Source of the DNA: Octopus bimaculoides
Taxonomy: Eukaryota
Assembly (NCBI RefSeq): GCF_001194135.2
Contig: NC_068981.1
Span: 64,247,217 to 64,300,792 of the forward strand
Length of the DNA: 53,576 nt
Direction of reading: 5' to 3'
The notes below the pieces were generated by a model. It saw nothing but the letters and a program-made list of their open reading frames with translations. It searched no databases and was not told where the DNA came from. Of this stretch, positions 38,904 to 51,484 are shown in pieces; the first letter of the stretch is position 1, and each line of letters begins with the position of its first letter. A program made the translations under genes and the position numbers.

Positions 38904-39340
38904 AAAGCGGCGAGCTGGCAGAAACGTTAGCAAGCCGGGTGAAATGCTTAGCGGTATTTCGCCTGTTTTTACGTTCTGAGTTCAAATTCCGCCGAGGTCG
39001 ACTCTGCTTTTCATCCTTTCGGGGTCGATAAATTAAATACCAGATACGTATTGGGGTCGATGTAATCGACTTAATCCTTTTGTCTGTCCTTGTTTGTCCC
39101 CTCTATGTTTAGCCTCTTGTGGGCAATAAAGAAATAAGAAACGTTTGCACGCCGGGCGTAATGCTTAGCGGTATTTCTCCTGTTTTTACGTTCTAAATTC
39201 AAATTCCGCTGAGGTCGAGTTTGCTTTTCATCATGTCAGGGTCGATAAATTAAGTTCCAGTTGCGTATTGGGGTCGATCTAATCGACTGGCTCCCTCCCA
39301 CAAAATTTCAGGCCTTGTGCCTAGAGTAGAAAAGAATATT
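38904..39340 (+). mobile_element. Dimeric family B SINE
   Basis: Two head-to-tail units bounded by the direct repeat tctttcgttt (38894-38903 and 39341-39350). Confidence 0.85.
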
Positions 39341-39954
39341 TCTTTCGTTTTTAGTAGGAATAAGATTTGGAGTGAAGGAAATTTGGCTGCTATTTTTCTC
39401 TTTTTTTTTTTTTAGCATGACTGAGTGACCCCGTATGGTCTTCTACTTCCTTAGCTTTATTTCGTTCCTTGGCACTTATCGGAGAAACAGGAAATATGGG
39501 AGTTGAAGAAAGAAGTAAAGTAACGTAATGTCTTCACAATTGTGGTATCTAGATGTGGTTAACTGCAACAGTGGTTGGGTTAATAATACAGGATGTACGC
39601 TTTGTTGTAGTCTCCACTTTCTGTGAATGAATACAAGTGTTTTAAGATAAGAATGTAAATTGTTCTAGAAAGATTAAAAGCATACAAACAACCAAAAACA
39701 CAGAAATAAAAAGCAATGAAGCACATTACACAGCGTGTAGTTATAGGATTTATTTATTTATTTATTTATTTATTTATTCGGAAGACAAAAGATTTACTGT
39801 TGATAGAGTTGTTTTCTTTGTTTGTATCTTTGTTTGTTGTTGTTTTATTTAGAATATATCTGTGATTGTTAAATTAGCTGTATAAAAAGTACAACGTTTA
39901 GGATATCGATGCCTTCTGGCAATAAAAGAACACAATAAAAGACACAATGAAAGA

Positions 39955-39959
39955 CAGAC

Positions 39960-40005
<46 letters not shown>

Positions 40006-40055
40006 GTAGGTAGATAGATAGATAGATAGATAGGTAGGTAGGTAGATAGATAGAT

Positions 40056-40110
<55 letters not shown>

Positions 40111-40660
40111 CGAAAATAAAGAGAAACATAAAGGAAAGATGGGAAAAAAAAGAAAGTGGGACAGAAAGAAAGAAAATAGAAGATAAAAATCGAGGAAATG
40201 TAAAAACAGATAGCAATATAGAAAGAAAGAAAACAAGATAGAAAGAAAGAGAAAGAGAAAAAATGTAAATATAAAATGACAGAAAGAAAGAAATTAAGAA
40301 AGTAGGTAAGGAACGAATGCTGGAATTAACGAAAGAAAGTTGATGGTAGGAATGAATGATGGAATGAATGAATGAAAGAAATGAGAGGAAAAAAAAGAAA
40401 GAAGAAAATGAGAAATGAATAATTTCGAAAAGAAAGAAAGAACGAGGAAAGGGAATGAATGATATAAGGGAAGGAAGATAGAAAGGAAACATGGAAGGAA
40501 ATAAAGAGAGGAAGGAAGAAAGAGAGGTAGGAAAGAATAAAGGAAGAAAAGATAGGAGGGTAATGAATGAATAGAAGGAGAAAGAGGAGAGAAAGGGAAG
40601 AAGGAAGTAAGAAATAAATCGATAATACCATAAAGATAACAACAATGATAAAAAGTTCAA
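39955..40660. repeat. (GATA)n microsatellite followed by a purine-rich low-complexity tract
   Basis: Seen directly in the sequence. Confidence 0.9.
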
Positions 40661-41161
40661 TGTAGATACAAAACAAGTAAAAAAAAATACGAAAAACGAA
40701 ACAGTTTAGCTTGATAAGTGAGCTGTAAAAATTAGCTGTGAAAGTGTCTTAATAAAGTCTATATAAATGAAGCAAATTGATTTCTAAGGCTGACATGAAC
40801 TCACAAATATTGTTAGGGGCGGTGGTGGAGGCGGAGATGGACGGGTACGGTCGTTTAATTGTAACTTCAACCAATACATGACTGGTATTTCATCGATCGG
40901 TTCCTTCTGAAAGGAGAAAAACCGAAGAGGGAGCTGACAAAACTCGATCTGATGGGATGAAGGGACATTACTAAATACTTCTGGACATCTAGTCTTCTTC
41001 TTCTTCTTCTTCTTCTTCTTCTTCTTCTTCTTCTTCTTCTTCGCGTTAACTTTTTTAATGGGCCAGTATTTAAAGATTGCACGTTTATAAGTCGGTGAAT
41101 GTTAGGATGTGCATGAGCATGTGTGTATATATGTGTGTGTGCATGTGTGTGTGTGTGTGTG

Positions 41162-41390
41162 TTATTTCGTTACTACCCACAAGGGGCTACACACAGAGGG
41201 GACAAACAAAGACAGACAAACGGATTAAGTCGATTATATCCACCCCAGTGCGTAACTGGTACTTATTTAATCGACCCCGAAAGGATGAAAGGCAAAGTCG
41301 ACCTCGGCGGAATTTGAACTCAGAACGTAGCGGCAGACGAAATACCGCTAAGCATTTCGCCCGGCGTGCTAACGTTTCTGCCAGCTCGCC
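41162..41390 (-). mobile_element. Family B SINE monomer within (TG)n
   Basis: Near-consensus reverse complement ending gctaacgtttctgccagctcgcc. Confidence 0.9.
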
Positions 41391-41523
41391 GTGTGTGTGC
41401 GTGTGTGTGTGTGTATATGTGTTCATATGTGTGTATATATCTATATCTATAGATATATGTATGTGTGTGTGAGCATGTTTGTGTGTGTGTGTGTGTGTGT
41501 GTGCACACATTCATTGTTTATTT

Positions 41524-41833
41524 TATTTATGCGCCCTTTTAAAGCCTAGCCAGGTTCATGGGCCCGGTTTCCTGGTTTCTATGACGTATGTGTTCCCCCC
41601 AGCTGGACGGGACGCCAGTCCATTGCAGCGTTACTCAAGAAACAGGAAGAAAGAGTGAGAGAAAATTGGGGCGAAAGAGTACAACAGGGTTCGCCACCAT
41701 CCCCTGCCAGAGCCTCGTGGAGCTTTAGGTATTTTCGCTCAATAAACACACACAACGCCCAGTCTGGGAATCGAAACCGCGTTCCTCTGACCGCGAGTCT
41801 GCTGCCCTAACCACTGTGCCATTGCGCCTCCAC
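41524..41833 (-). mobile_element. Family C SINE head and body with an alternative tail
   Basis: The first ~190 bp match 10803-10990, then the sequence diverges to ctgcaatggactggcgtcccgtccagctgggg...gaaaccgggcccatg...aaataaaataaa. Confidence 0.85.
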
Positions 41834-43131
41834 AATTCAGAATGTTACTCATAGATAACACGGATGTAGATGCAGACATGATATCCTATTTAAGAAATTC
41901 ACTTCGCAGTCATGAGGTCTCGATCTCAATTTCATTGCGTGGAATTCTGGGCAAATGAGTTCAGTCATTACTTGAGATGAGCCTTGCAAGTGTGAACGTA
42001 TTTTGTGAGGTAATCTCATCGAATGGATTGCATCTGTAATTCAAGGATCAGCATTGCCTCATATTTTGCTACACCATTTCTTAAAATTACTCCAAGGAAA
42101 CACAGCTCTGTGAGATACTGAGGCACTTACATGATAATTTAATAATTAAATAGTACATTTGTTTGACCATCAAAACTGACTGAGCATCTATCATGATATT
42201 AATGTGCTAGCAGTGACACCAATCAGTGTGTTACTTCGCTTGTCATTGAACTTTACAGATTGAGCAGGAATTATGGGCCCTACTGTGCCAAATTGGCACA
42301 AATTGGCCCAAATTTGCACTTGATTGAATTGAACCCAAAAATTGGCAAGTAGTTTGTCGAACACAGAAAGACGAAAGGCAAAGTTTTCTTGGGTCGGCAT
42401 TGAACTCAGAGCTGTAAGTATATACCATACGGCATTTTATTCGATTTCTAACTATTCAGCCAATCCATAGATTTAAATGTTGCATTTCAATAATATTTTA
42501 AATGATGCTTTCAAACATAGTTTAAAAAAAAAAAAAACGAGAAAATAGCTCACAGTGTCGACTATATCAATATTCGTAATCGATTGGGAATTAACTTTAT
42601 CGACATCTGTAAAGGTAGCAACGTGGATCAAGTTGGAGTTTCAACGGAGAATATGAAGGGACGTAGAGAGAGAGAGAGAGAATTAAAATAAAGTAAACAT
42701 AGAAAAGACCAAAAGATTGTAGAATTGTGTATAAAATTTAAACCTTTTTTTTTTTTTTAATTAAATAGCGAAATATTGAATTGACTGAAACCGTAAAGCT
42801 ACGAAGAAATGCTTTGGCACATTTAGTTATATAACTTTACATTTTGATTTCGAATTCCGCTGAAAGTGAAGTTATTCCCAGGTACATGAGATTAAATTTT
42901 TTATTATCATCATCATCATCATATTCATCATTATTGCAAGGAACTACGAACTTATTGAAATATCAAGTATTAAAGCAGTTGGAAGAAGAGAAGTGGAGTA
43001 GCCATAAAGGGGTATTGAAAAGAATCCTTCAACATATGAAATGAATGTACGTTTAATTATTATATTATGGTTTTGAAAATTGAAAGCAAAATCAAGCAAG
43101 GGTTTGAAAGATTTGTTGTCGGAAAAGAACC

Positions 43132-43168
<37 letters not shown>

Positions 43169-43905
43169 AAGAGACAGAGAGAGACAGAGAGAGACAGAGA
43201 GAGACAGAGAGAGACAGAGAGATGAAGGTATTGGGAAACACGCATAACGACATACGTACATTTACGTAAACGCAAGCGGAAGAAGAAGTAGAATATAAAG
43301 ACATAAAGAGGAAAAGAGAGGGACTAAATGCTCAAACAGGCGAGACTGAATAAAAGCGGCGTTGTACGTTAGAGAGAGAAAGAGAAGTAGATAGAGAGTA
43401 GTAGATAGATGGAGAGTAGTAGATAGATAGAGAGAAGTAGATAGATAGAGAGAAGTAGATAGATAGAGAGAAGTAGAGAGAGAGAGAGAGGAGATGTCAG
43501 TGTGGTGGAGGTGAAAGAATCAGGCTTTTCCAGAATGCAAACATAACTGGCAAGTTTCTAATCAAGCTATTTAACAAAACTGATTGATCTGTTCAAAATG
43601 CAGATGCTATTAGACAAGGATAAAAACTATAGGATAAATGGTACTTTAACATGACAGTGTCTGCCCTTCGGTTTTTTTTCTTCTTTTATATCCTCGGCCT
43701 TATTTTCTTTTCTTTCTTACTTTATTTTCTGGGGTTTTATTCTTTCGTGTCTTGGGTTTTTTTTCTACATTTTTATCTATTTTGTTATATATTTTTATCT
43801 ATTTTGTTATATATTTTTATATTTTTGTTTTCTTTATTTGTTATCTTCTCATTCCCTGTCACCCCTAATCTGATGGTGTGGACCCTAAAAATAATACAAT
43901 ATAAA

Positions 43906-43942
<37 letters not shown>

Positions 43943-44740
43943 AATGTTTATGTATATGTATGTATATATATATACATATATATACATACCTATATATAAC
44001 ATGCATGCATATATATATATATATATATATATAGACTAGAGGAAGTTAAATGTAAAAGGAAAAGGAAAAACTTGTTTGACGGTCTGGCGACTGAGGGTTT
44101 TGGAGCGTACAGTTCCAAACTAGAATTTGATTGGCCAGTTGCTGGTTCTGCGCCCGTGTACTCTGTCAGTTAATTGGTTCTGGCACAAACATGTCGGATC
44201 GTAATCGCTGTTCAGACGCTGTGGTGCCTAATACTTTACAAAGACCAATAGGGCGAGGGTGAGTCCAGTCAGCTCTATCTGTGATAATGTCAATAACACG
44301 TGGCTTCCAAAAAGGGGTTTTCGTAGTATCGTTCTTTAGCGAAGTGTAATAGTGTGAAATTGATTGAATCCTAATGAAAATGATATCAGTGAACATACTT
44401 AATACACAGCAGACGGAGAAACTAACACATGGATAGACACATGCAGATGCATATATATAAATATATATATATATATATGCACACATGCGAAAACACGCAC
44501 TAACGTAAATAAACACATACAAATGTCTGTGATTCTACTAATATAGGTAGTGTATGCATAAACAAACAATGCTTTTTGCATCGACAAACAGATAAACATT
44601 AAATACAAACATAAAAACATAATTGTATTTTCGCGTAGAGATGTGTGCCTATGATATTGATATAGGTTGTTTGTTTTATTTCCCAAAGACTATACTTGTA
44701 GACATTTATTTATACGTATAAGCATACATATGTATATATG

Positions 44741-44785
<45 letters not shown>

Positions 44786-44795
44786 CATATCTATG

Positions 44796-44828
<33 letters not shown>

Positions 44829-44976
44829 GATAGATACACACACACACATACACACTCGCGCATCATACATACATGTTTGTCTGTGCATGTTTTGCAAATG
44901 TAAGTTATATCGGTGTAGTTTTCCGACATACATTTTCTGCCATTATTCTGCTTTGGTATATATATATATATATATA

Positions 44977-45124
44977 GGCGCAGGAGTGACTGTGTGGTAA
45001 GTGGCTTGCTTAGCAACCACATGGTTCCGAGTTCAGTACCACTGCGTGACACCTTAGGCTAGTGCCTTCTACTATATCCTCCTTGTGAGTGAATTTGGTA
45101 GACGGAAACTGAAAGAAGCCTGCC

Positions 45125-45174
<50 letters not shown>

Positions 45175-45416
45175 ATATATATATATGTGTGTGTGTGGAT
45201 GTGTGTGTATATATTTGTGTGTCTGTGTTTGTGTCCACCGCCTTGACTTGACAACCGATGCTGGTGTGTTTACGTCCCCGTAACTTAGCAGTTCAGGAAA
45301 AGAGACCGATAGAATAAGTACTAGGCTTACGAAGAATAAATCCTGGGGGTTGATTTGTTCGACTAAAGGCGGTGCTCCAGCATGGCCGCAGTCAAATGAC
45401 TGAAACAAACAAAAGA
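44977..45416 (+). mobile_element. Family A SINE, full length
   Basis: ggcgcaggagtgactgtgtggtaag...(ta)n(tg)n...aaggcggtgctccagcatggccgcagtcaaatgactgaaacaaacaaaaga. Confidence 0.9.
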
Positions 45417-45477
45417 ATAGAAGAAAAGAATATATAGGCATATACATACACACGCACACACACACGAACACACACAC

Positions 45478-45522
<45 letters not shown>

Positions 45523-45523
<1 letters not shown>

Positions 45524-45836
45524 TTCATTTTATCTAGTTTCAGCTCATGAGCTGCGGCCATGCTGGAGCACCGCCATTTATATGTATATGTATATCAAGA
45601 AAATAAATACGCACAAATATATACGTAAGTGTATAAGCATATTTGTATACACACACACACACACTAACACACATATATACATACATATATAGAAGCGATG
45701 CTCCAGCTTGAGCACGGTCCAGTAGGTGAAATCAGTAATATGTGCACAAAAATACATAAGCATATATATATATATATATAAAAGGCGGTGCCCCAGCATG
45801 GCCACAGCTCATGAGCTGAAACTAGATAAAATGAAA
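45523..45836. repeat. Inverted pair of 53-bp SINE-tail modules
   Basis: 45523-45575 and 45784-45836 match at 51/53 as reverse complements. Confidence 0.9.
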
Positions 45837-46073
45837 ATGAAAATAAAATGAAAATGAAAGCATATAAAATACTTTCTTGAATATATTGACACGCATGCAA
45901 AAGTATTCACATGTATAATATGTAAGAAGAATATAAATGTACCTTGAAACGTATATATAAATATATGTATATATATACTCTCTCTCCTTCCTTTCCCGAG
46001 CGTCCAATAACACTATCCGTATCACGTCCTCACTTTGTTGTTTTTTTGTTATTGTTTTTTGTGTTTTTTTGAA

Positions 46074-46147
<74 letters not shown>

Positions 46148-47040
46148 AGTTATACATATTATATATATTTATATCTGTATATATGTATATACATACTCGC
46201 ACACATGCGCACACACACGTACAAACGTACGTCTCTGTTCACAGGACACTATGTCATATTGTGAAATATGATACACATATGTCCCCTGAGAAGAGTATAA
46301 TCATTTGTATATGCATGTCACATCGACACACATTCGTACATGCACAAATACCCACATATATATATGTGCATACATTCAGGCATATGTATATGATTACATA
46401 TATGCTGCATACGTTCATACATCCGAAGACACGTATATCTGTAAAGACATTACTGTGGGTGTGTGTGTATGTGTGTGTTTGTGTATGTGTATATGCGTGT
46501 GTATATGTGTATGTATATGCACACATACGCATGCTTACATTCATACACATATACACACTTACATGTGGCGATATAAATTCACTCATTATAGTCTACAATT
46601 GCAATTAATAAGATAACACTCTGGTTCATGTTTTTGCTTGCTTATCAAAGAGCGCCTAATTTATTAAGACTTAATTTTAAACAGCTGAATGCCCTGTATG
46701 TGTGATGAGGATAAAGGCCTAAATATTTATCGAATTATTCATCCCAAATGCGATATTTAAAATCAATTGATAATAGCAGAATGTCATAAGCGTAAGACGC
46801 CAGATTAAACATTGTAATGTACATGAATTCATTTCCCTCTTCGTTCTTTGTTCAAATCTTTACAGAGTTGGCTCTAATTTTTATCCCTCTGGGTTTGAAT
46901 TATTTCAGTACCAGATAAACAAACATATGCAATGAGGTGGTTTGATTGACAAAGTCTCGGCTCTCCACATTTACGACACGTATGCCAGTATTTGAAATCA
47001 ATAAATAATTAAAATGCATGACTGGTGCTTCGTACTAATA

Positions 47041-47210
47041 CGATGCGGGTGCCGCGAAAGCCTGGTTGGAGGCCCAAAATTCCGAGTTCTTTTACAGAGC
47101 TTAGAAAAACTGAAGGACCGCTGTAATAAGTGTGTGAATAAAATCATGATCAACTGATCTTCCTGTATTTTCTTTTACCCAAAGCTTGGAACTTTTCAGT
47201 ATCCACTCAT
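47041..47210 (+). mobile_element. Degenerate mariner-derived MITE (paralog of 50995-51211)
   Basis: Shares ttggaggcccaaaattccgagttcttt and ctgtattttcttttacccaaag...gaacttttcag with the 51-kb copy. Confidence 0.75.
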
Positions 47211-47505
47211 TCATATATGTACACATATATCATGTGTACAGGTATGCATGTATATATATATATATATATATNNNNNNNNNNNNNNNNNNNNNNNNNNNNN
47301 NNNNNNNNNNNNNNNNNNNNNNNNNNNNNNNNNNNNNNNNNNNNNNNNNNNNNNNNNNNNNNNNNNNNNNNNNNNNNNNNNNNNNNNNNNNNNNNNNNNN
47401 NNNNNNNNNNNNNNNNNNNNNNNNNNNNNNNNNNNNNNNNNNNNNNNNNNNNNNNNNNNNNNNNNNNNNNNNNNNNNNNNNNNNNNNNNNGTGTGTGTAT
47501 ACATA

Positions 47506-48391
47506 CGACGGGGTACCCAAAAGAAACCGGAATTTTGTGAAGTTATTTTATTCACTTAGTTTTACATGTTCACACATTTATCGCCTTCAAATTATTCTCC
47601 ATTTGAAGCAATGCATCGCTCCAGACTCGTTTTCCATTGCTGGAAGCAGTCCTGGAACTCTTGCGAAGTGATGCCTTTTAACGCCTCAGTAGTGTTTTTC
47701 TTCACTTCTCACTCATCTGCAAATTCTGTAGCACCGACTTTCGTCACCAGTAATGACCTTCGAAAAAAGATCCGGATCAACTTCTAACTGTTCTTGAGCA
47801 AGCGAGACACAAATTTTGCTGCAACTCTTTCATTCGCAATTCTCCACTCAAAATTGGCAGGATCTCAGGGTGCACCTGTCATATCAACAAGTTCGTCAAT
47901 TGTTCCATGACGTCCTCCAAGATCAGTTCAAGAATCTTCATGTTTTCATTCGTTTGAGGTCACCAATCAACCAGAATGAGGCTGGTATTCGACAATCGCT
48001 CAGAACGAGGTTGGTCCATGACAATCGCCCAGAACGTGGTTGGCCCAGAATCAGGTTGGTCTCCAAGCGACAAGTGACTATTCCTAAAGCGTGAATACCA
48101 CTTGTAAACTTGTGTTTTGCTCATGGCAGCGTCCTTGTAAGCTGTTTGAAGCACAACTGTTTCGACCGCCGTTTCCCTAGCAAAAAACAGAATTTCACGG
48201 GAGCACGCTGTTCCATCTTTTCAGCCATCATAAAAATCTACGAAAAGTGGAGAAGCACTGAAAAACAAAGAAACACCATATGGCTGTACGACAAAAGTAG
48301 AAGACGCCGGTCGGCTGACTGTTCCCTGAGGATCGCATCAAGTGGCTTCTCCCACAGAGAACGTTTCTGGTTACTTTTGGGTACCCTTTCG
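47506..48391 (-). mobile_element. Internally deleted mariner element with both TIRs and TA TSD
   Basis: TIRs ta|cgacggggtacccaaaagaaaccggaa and ttctggttacttttgggtaccctttcg|ta. Transposase remnants read MAEKMEQRAPVKFCFLLGK, QTAYKDAAMSKTQVYKWYSRF, LFSKVITGDE and EFQDCFQQWK. The central catalytic region is deleted. Confidence 0.92.
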
Positions 48392-48429
48392 TATAAGCAT
48401 ACTAATGTACTTACGTACCTACATATATA

Positions 48430-48600
48430 CATATGTTTATATAAAGATATATACGAGTATATATACAGGAGGCCAGTAGGTGGACTGGTCATGCGTTAGA
48501 AGAAGGAAACACATGACATGTGATCTTCTTCTAGCGCATGACCAGTCCACCTACTGGCCTCCTGTATATATACTCGTATATATCGTTATATAAACATATG
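48430..48600. repeat. Near-perfect fold-back, 76-bp arms
   Basis: 48430-48505 versus 48525-48600 match at 74/76, with an inner cacatg-a-catgtg hairpin. Confidence 0.95.
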
Positions 48601-49039
48601 CAATAATCCTTGAGATCTCAGATATTTTTTCTGAATCTCCCTGATTCTTTGAATGTGCTAGTTACCTGGTATTAAATTGATATTAATTAATATCCAATTT
48701 TTTTACCCCATTGCTTAATTTAATTACATATATACATATATACATCCATGCAAATTGGTCCATCGTCACGTACGATTACCGACTCTTTGTGCTGCATCGT
48801 CGTTAATGACATATCTGACTTTCCCTCCATGACTTCTCAGATGATTATTTAGTCTCGTTGCAGATAAGCATCATTCGGTCATGATACTATGCACTCGTCG
48901 CCACACTTCCATCACAATAACAATTTCAGTAGATCGGATAATAAATGTAGTGACTATAAAGAGATATCTGTAAGTCAATGTATTATAGCGATAAGCACGT
49001 GTATAACAAGAGATCCGCTCTTTGAGTTTCTATGCTTAG

Positions 49040-49286
49040 TAAGAGGCTGAAACTAGATGACCAATAATCAAAGACAACCGCAAATTTGATATCAACGTAC
49101 TTAGTGCACCGCTCTTATGGTGTGACAACAAGAAGACTCCATTACCCCTGGTGGTTTTATTGCGTGCACAGATATCAACGTTAGGTATTTCTGCGTCGCC
49201 ACATATATATATTCTTACATGCATGCCTACATACTCGCATACATACATAACATACATAAACTACATACATACATACATACATACAT

Positions 49287-49323
<37 letters not shown>

Positions 49324-50270
49324 TACATACATACATACATACATACATACATACATACATACATACATACATACATCATAAGCAGTAGTCCGAAAATGTC
49401 ATCGCAGTATTATCTACCGATGAGACTTGATTTTGTAGCTAAGACACTCTATAATGAAATCCGTGGGAAGGATAATCGAAGGACAAAGAAATAAGAACCC
49501 ACAATATGGTAGAAGCCATATCCACACATAATGAAAAGGGGTACCGATGGAATGTACCATTGAAGACCTCAATAAAATGTAAGCACAACAGACCTGAGAT
49601 AATGATTTGGGATAGAGAAGAGAAACTGTGCTCAGTAGTGGAAATTAGCTGCCCAGCGGATGTTAACATACATACATACATACATGCATACATACATACA
49701 TACATACATACATACATACATACATACACAGCGAATGTTAACATAATACAGAAGAGCAGTGAAAAGGCGAATAGCTACGCTGAACTCTTGAGAATTCTGC
49801 AGTTGCTCAATTCAGACTCCAAGTTCCGGTTTATACCTGTAATTATTGGAGCCCTGGGTTATGTAACACACTGCCTAAATAGCAGTCTTGAGAAATTAGG
49901 CTTCTCAAGACCAGAAGGGAGAAAGCTAATTCGAAGACTACAGATCCAATCCATAACTGGAAGTGTAAAAATCTGTAAAACTTCCCAGAAGTTTATCATT
50001 TAAATATAAATGAGCATGTCTAGATATGTAACTATATGCGTGAGAATACATACATAAAACATACAAATCTGCACATACATACATACATATATACATACAT
50101 ACATACAAAAATACCTTGTTGTTGAAGTTGAAATTCCAATGAAGAATCCTTGGATCTTGGTTAGAAATCGTTCCTTTCTCTATTGGCAAGAAATCTTGAA
50201 CTAAACTGAATAATGACATTCATGCATACATACATACATACATACATACATACATACATACATACATAGA
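49040..50270 (+). mobile_element. R4/Dong-like non-LTR retrotransposon 3' end (restriction-like endonuclease domain, 3' UTR, (CATA)n end)
   Basis: IISSSPKMSSQYYLPMRLDFVAK; HNRPEIMIWDREEKLCSVVEISCP; FIPVIIGALG; IQSITGSVKICKTSQKFII* (stop at 50003). The UTR ends aataatgacattcatg(cata)n. Confidence 0.85.
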
Positions 50271-50994
50271 AGACTACCTTATTGGATGATGTCTAAATTG
50301 CAATGAGATTTGTTTGTCGACTAGAAGCCAGCACTTTTCTCTATTGGTGAGAAATTCGAAAAATCAAATCAGGAAAACAGACACCCACGCATGAACCCAC
50401 AAATACACAGGCGCTTACATACAGGCTCTCACACACATAAGTAGATGAATAGTTAGACAGACAGACAGACAGATAGATAGATAGATAGACTAAGAAATAT
50501 ATATATATTTATCTATTTGCGCGTGTTTTGTGGGGTGGGGTGCGTACCAGCAGCGTTAAATGTTGAATGAGTGTACAGAATTATCACCATTTACAACAAA
50601 AATGTAAAACATCGTCAGTCTATCAACAGTCTATCAACAATAAGTACATGTCTGAAAAAATAATTTCAGATCCGTGACATCACCGTCCGATGGGTGAAAG
50701 TAACAACTAAGTGCAAACAAAAACCAAAACAACTATGTATATACTTTGATATATATAAAAAAAAACTCAGTATACCTCACATAATTTTCCAATCCTCACG
50801 TCTATAACATATACATATATATAGTTCAAAACTTACTGTGTAAAGATAAATATATATATATATATATATATTTATAGGCATATATACATATACACACATA
50901 TATACATATACACACATATATACATATATGTATACACATATGTATACGAATGTATACACACACACACACTCGCACATACGCACACACACACATA

Positions 50995-51211
50995 CGAAGG
51001 GATGCTGAACATTTCCTGGCTTAAAGGGTTTCACGAATGTCGTAGTTGGAGGCCCAAAATTCCGAGTTCTTTACAGGGCTTGGATAAACTTGACGGAGCG
51101 CCACAATAAGTGCATGAATCTAAGAGGAGAATATGTTAAGTAAAATCCTAATTTATTGTTCTTTCTGTATTTTCTTTTACCCAAAGTCAGGAACTTTTCA
51201 GAAACCCCTCG
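50995..51211 (+). mobile_element. Mariner-derived MITE, 217 bp, TA TSD
   Basis: Imperfect TIRs ta|cgaagggatgctgaacatttcctggctt and aaagtcaggaacttttcagaaacccctcg|ta. The interior encodes a remnant of a mariner C-terminus. Confidence 0.85.
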
Positions 51212-51337
51212 TAAGTATATATATATATGATTCAGGCGCCTGAGTCTCACGATCTTGGTTCCTGCCATGAGCCTATCAAACTGTTTTAAATAATAAAGTT
51301 AATAGTAATAATGTACACACACATAAACAGACACACG

Positions 51338-51400
<63 letters not shown>

Positions 51401-51452
51401 GCACACATATATATATACATGTGTATATATTATATGTATANNNNNNNNNNNN

Positions 51453-51484
<32 letters not shown>

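Noticed and set aside
42262-42350. Open frame LSRNYGPYCAKLAQIGPNLHLIELNPKIG after a tttacag acceptor
   Set aside because: It is built from degenerate caaattgg repeats, has a weak donor and abuts a SINE relic.
46830-46920. Strong polypyrimidine/AG acceptor
   Set aside because: The sequence aligns to a decayed family B SINE, and all frames close quickly.
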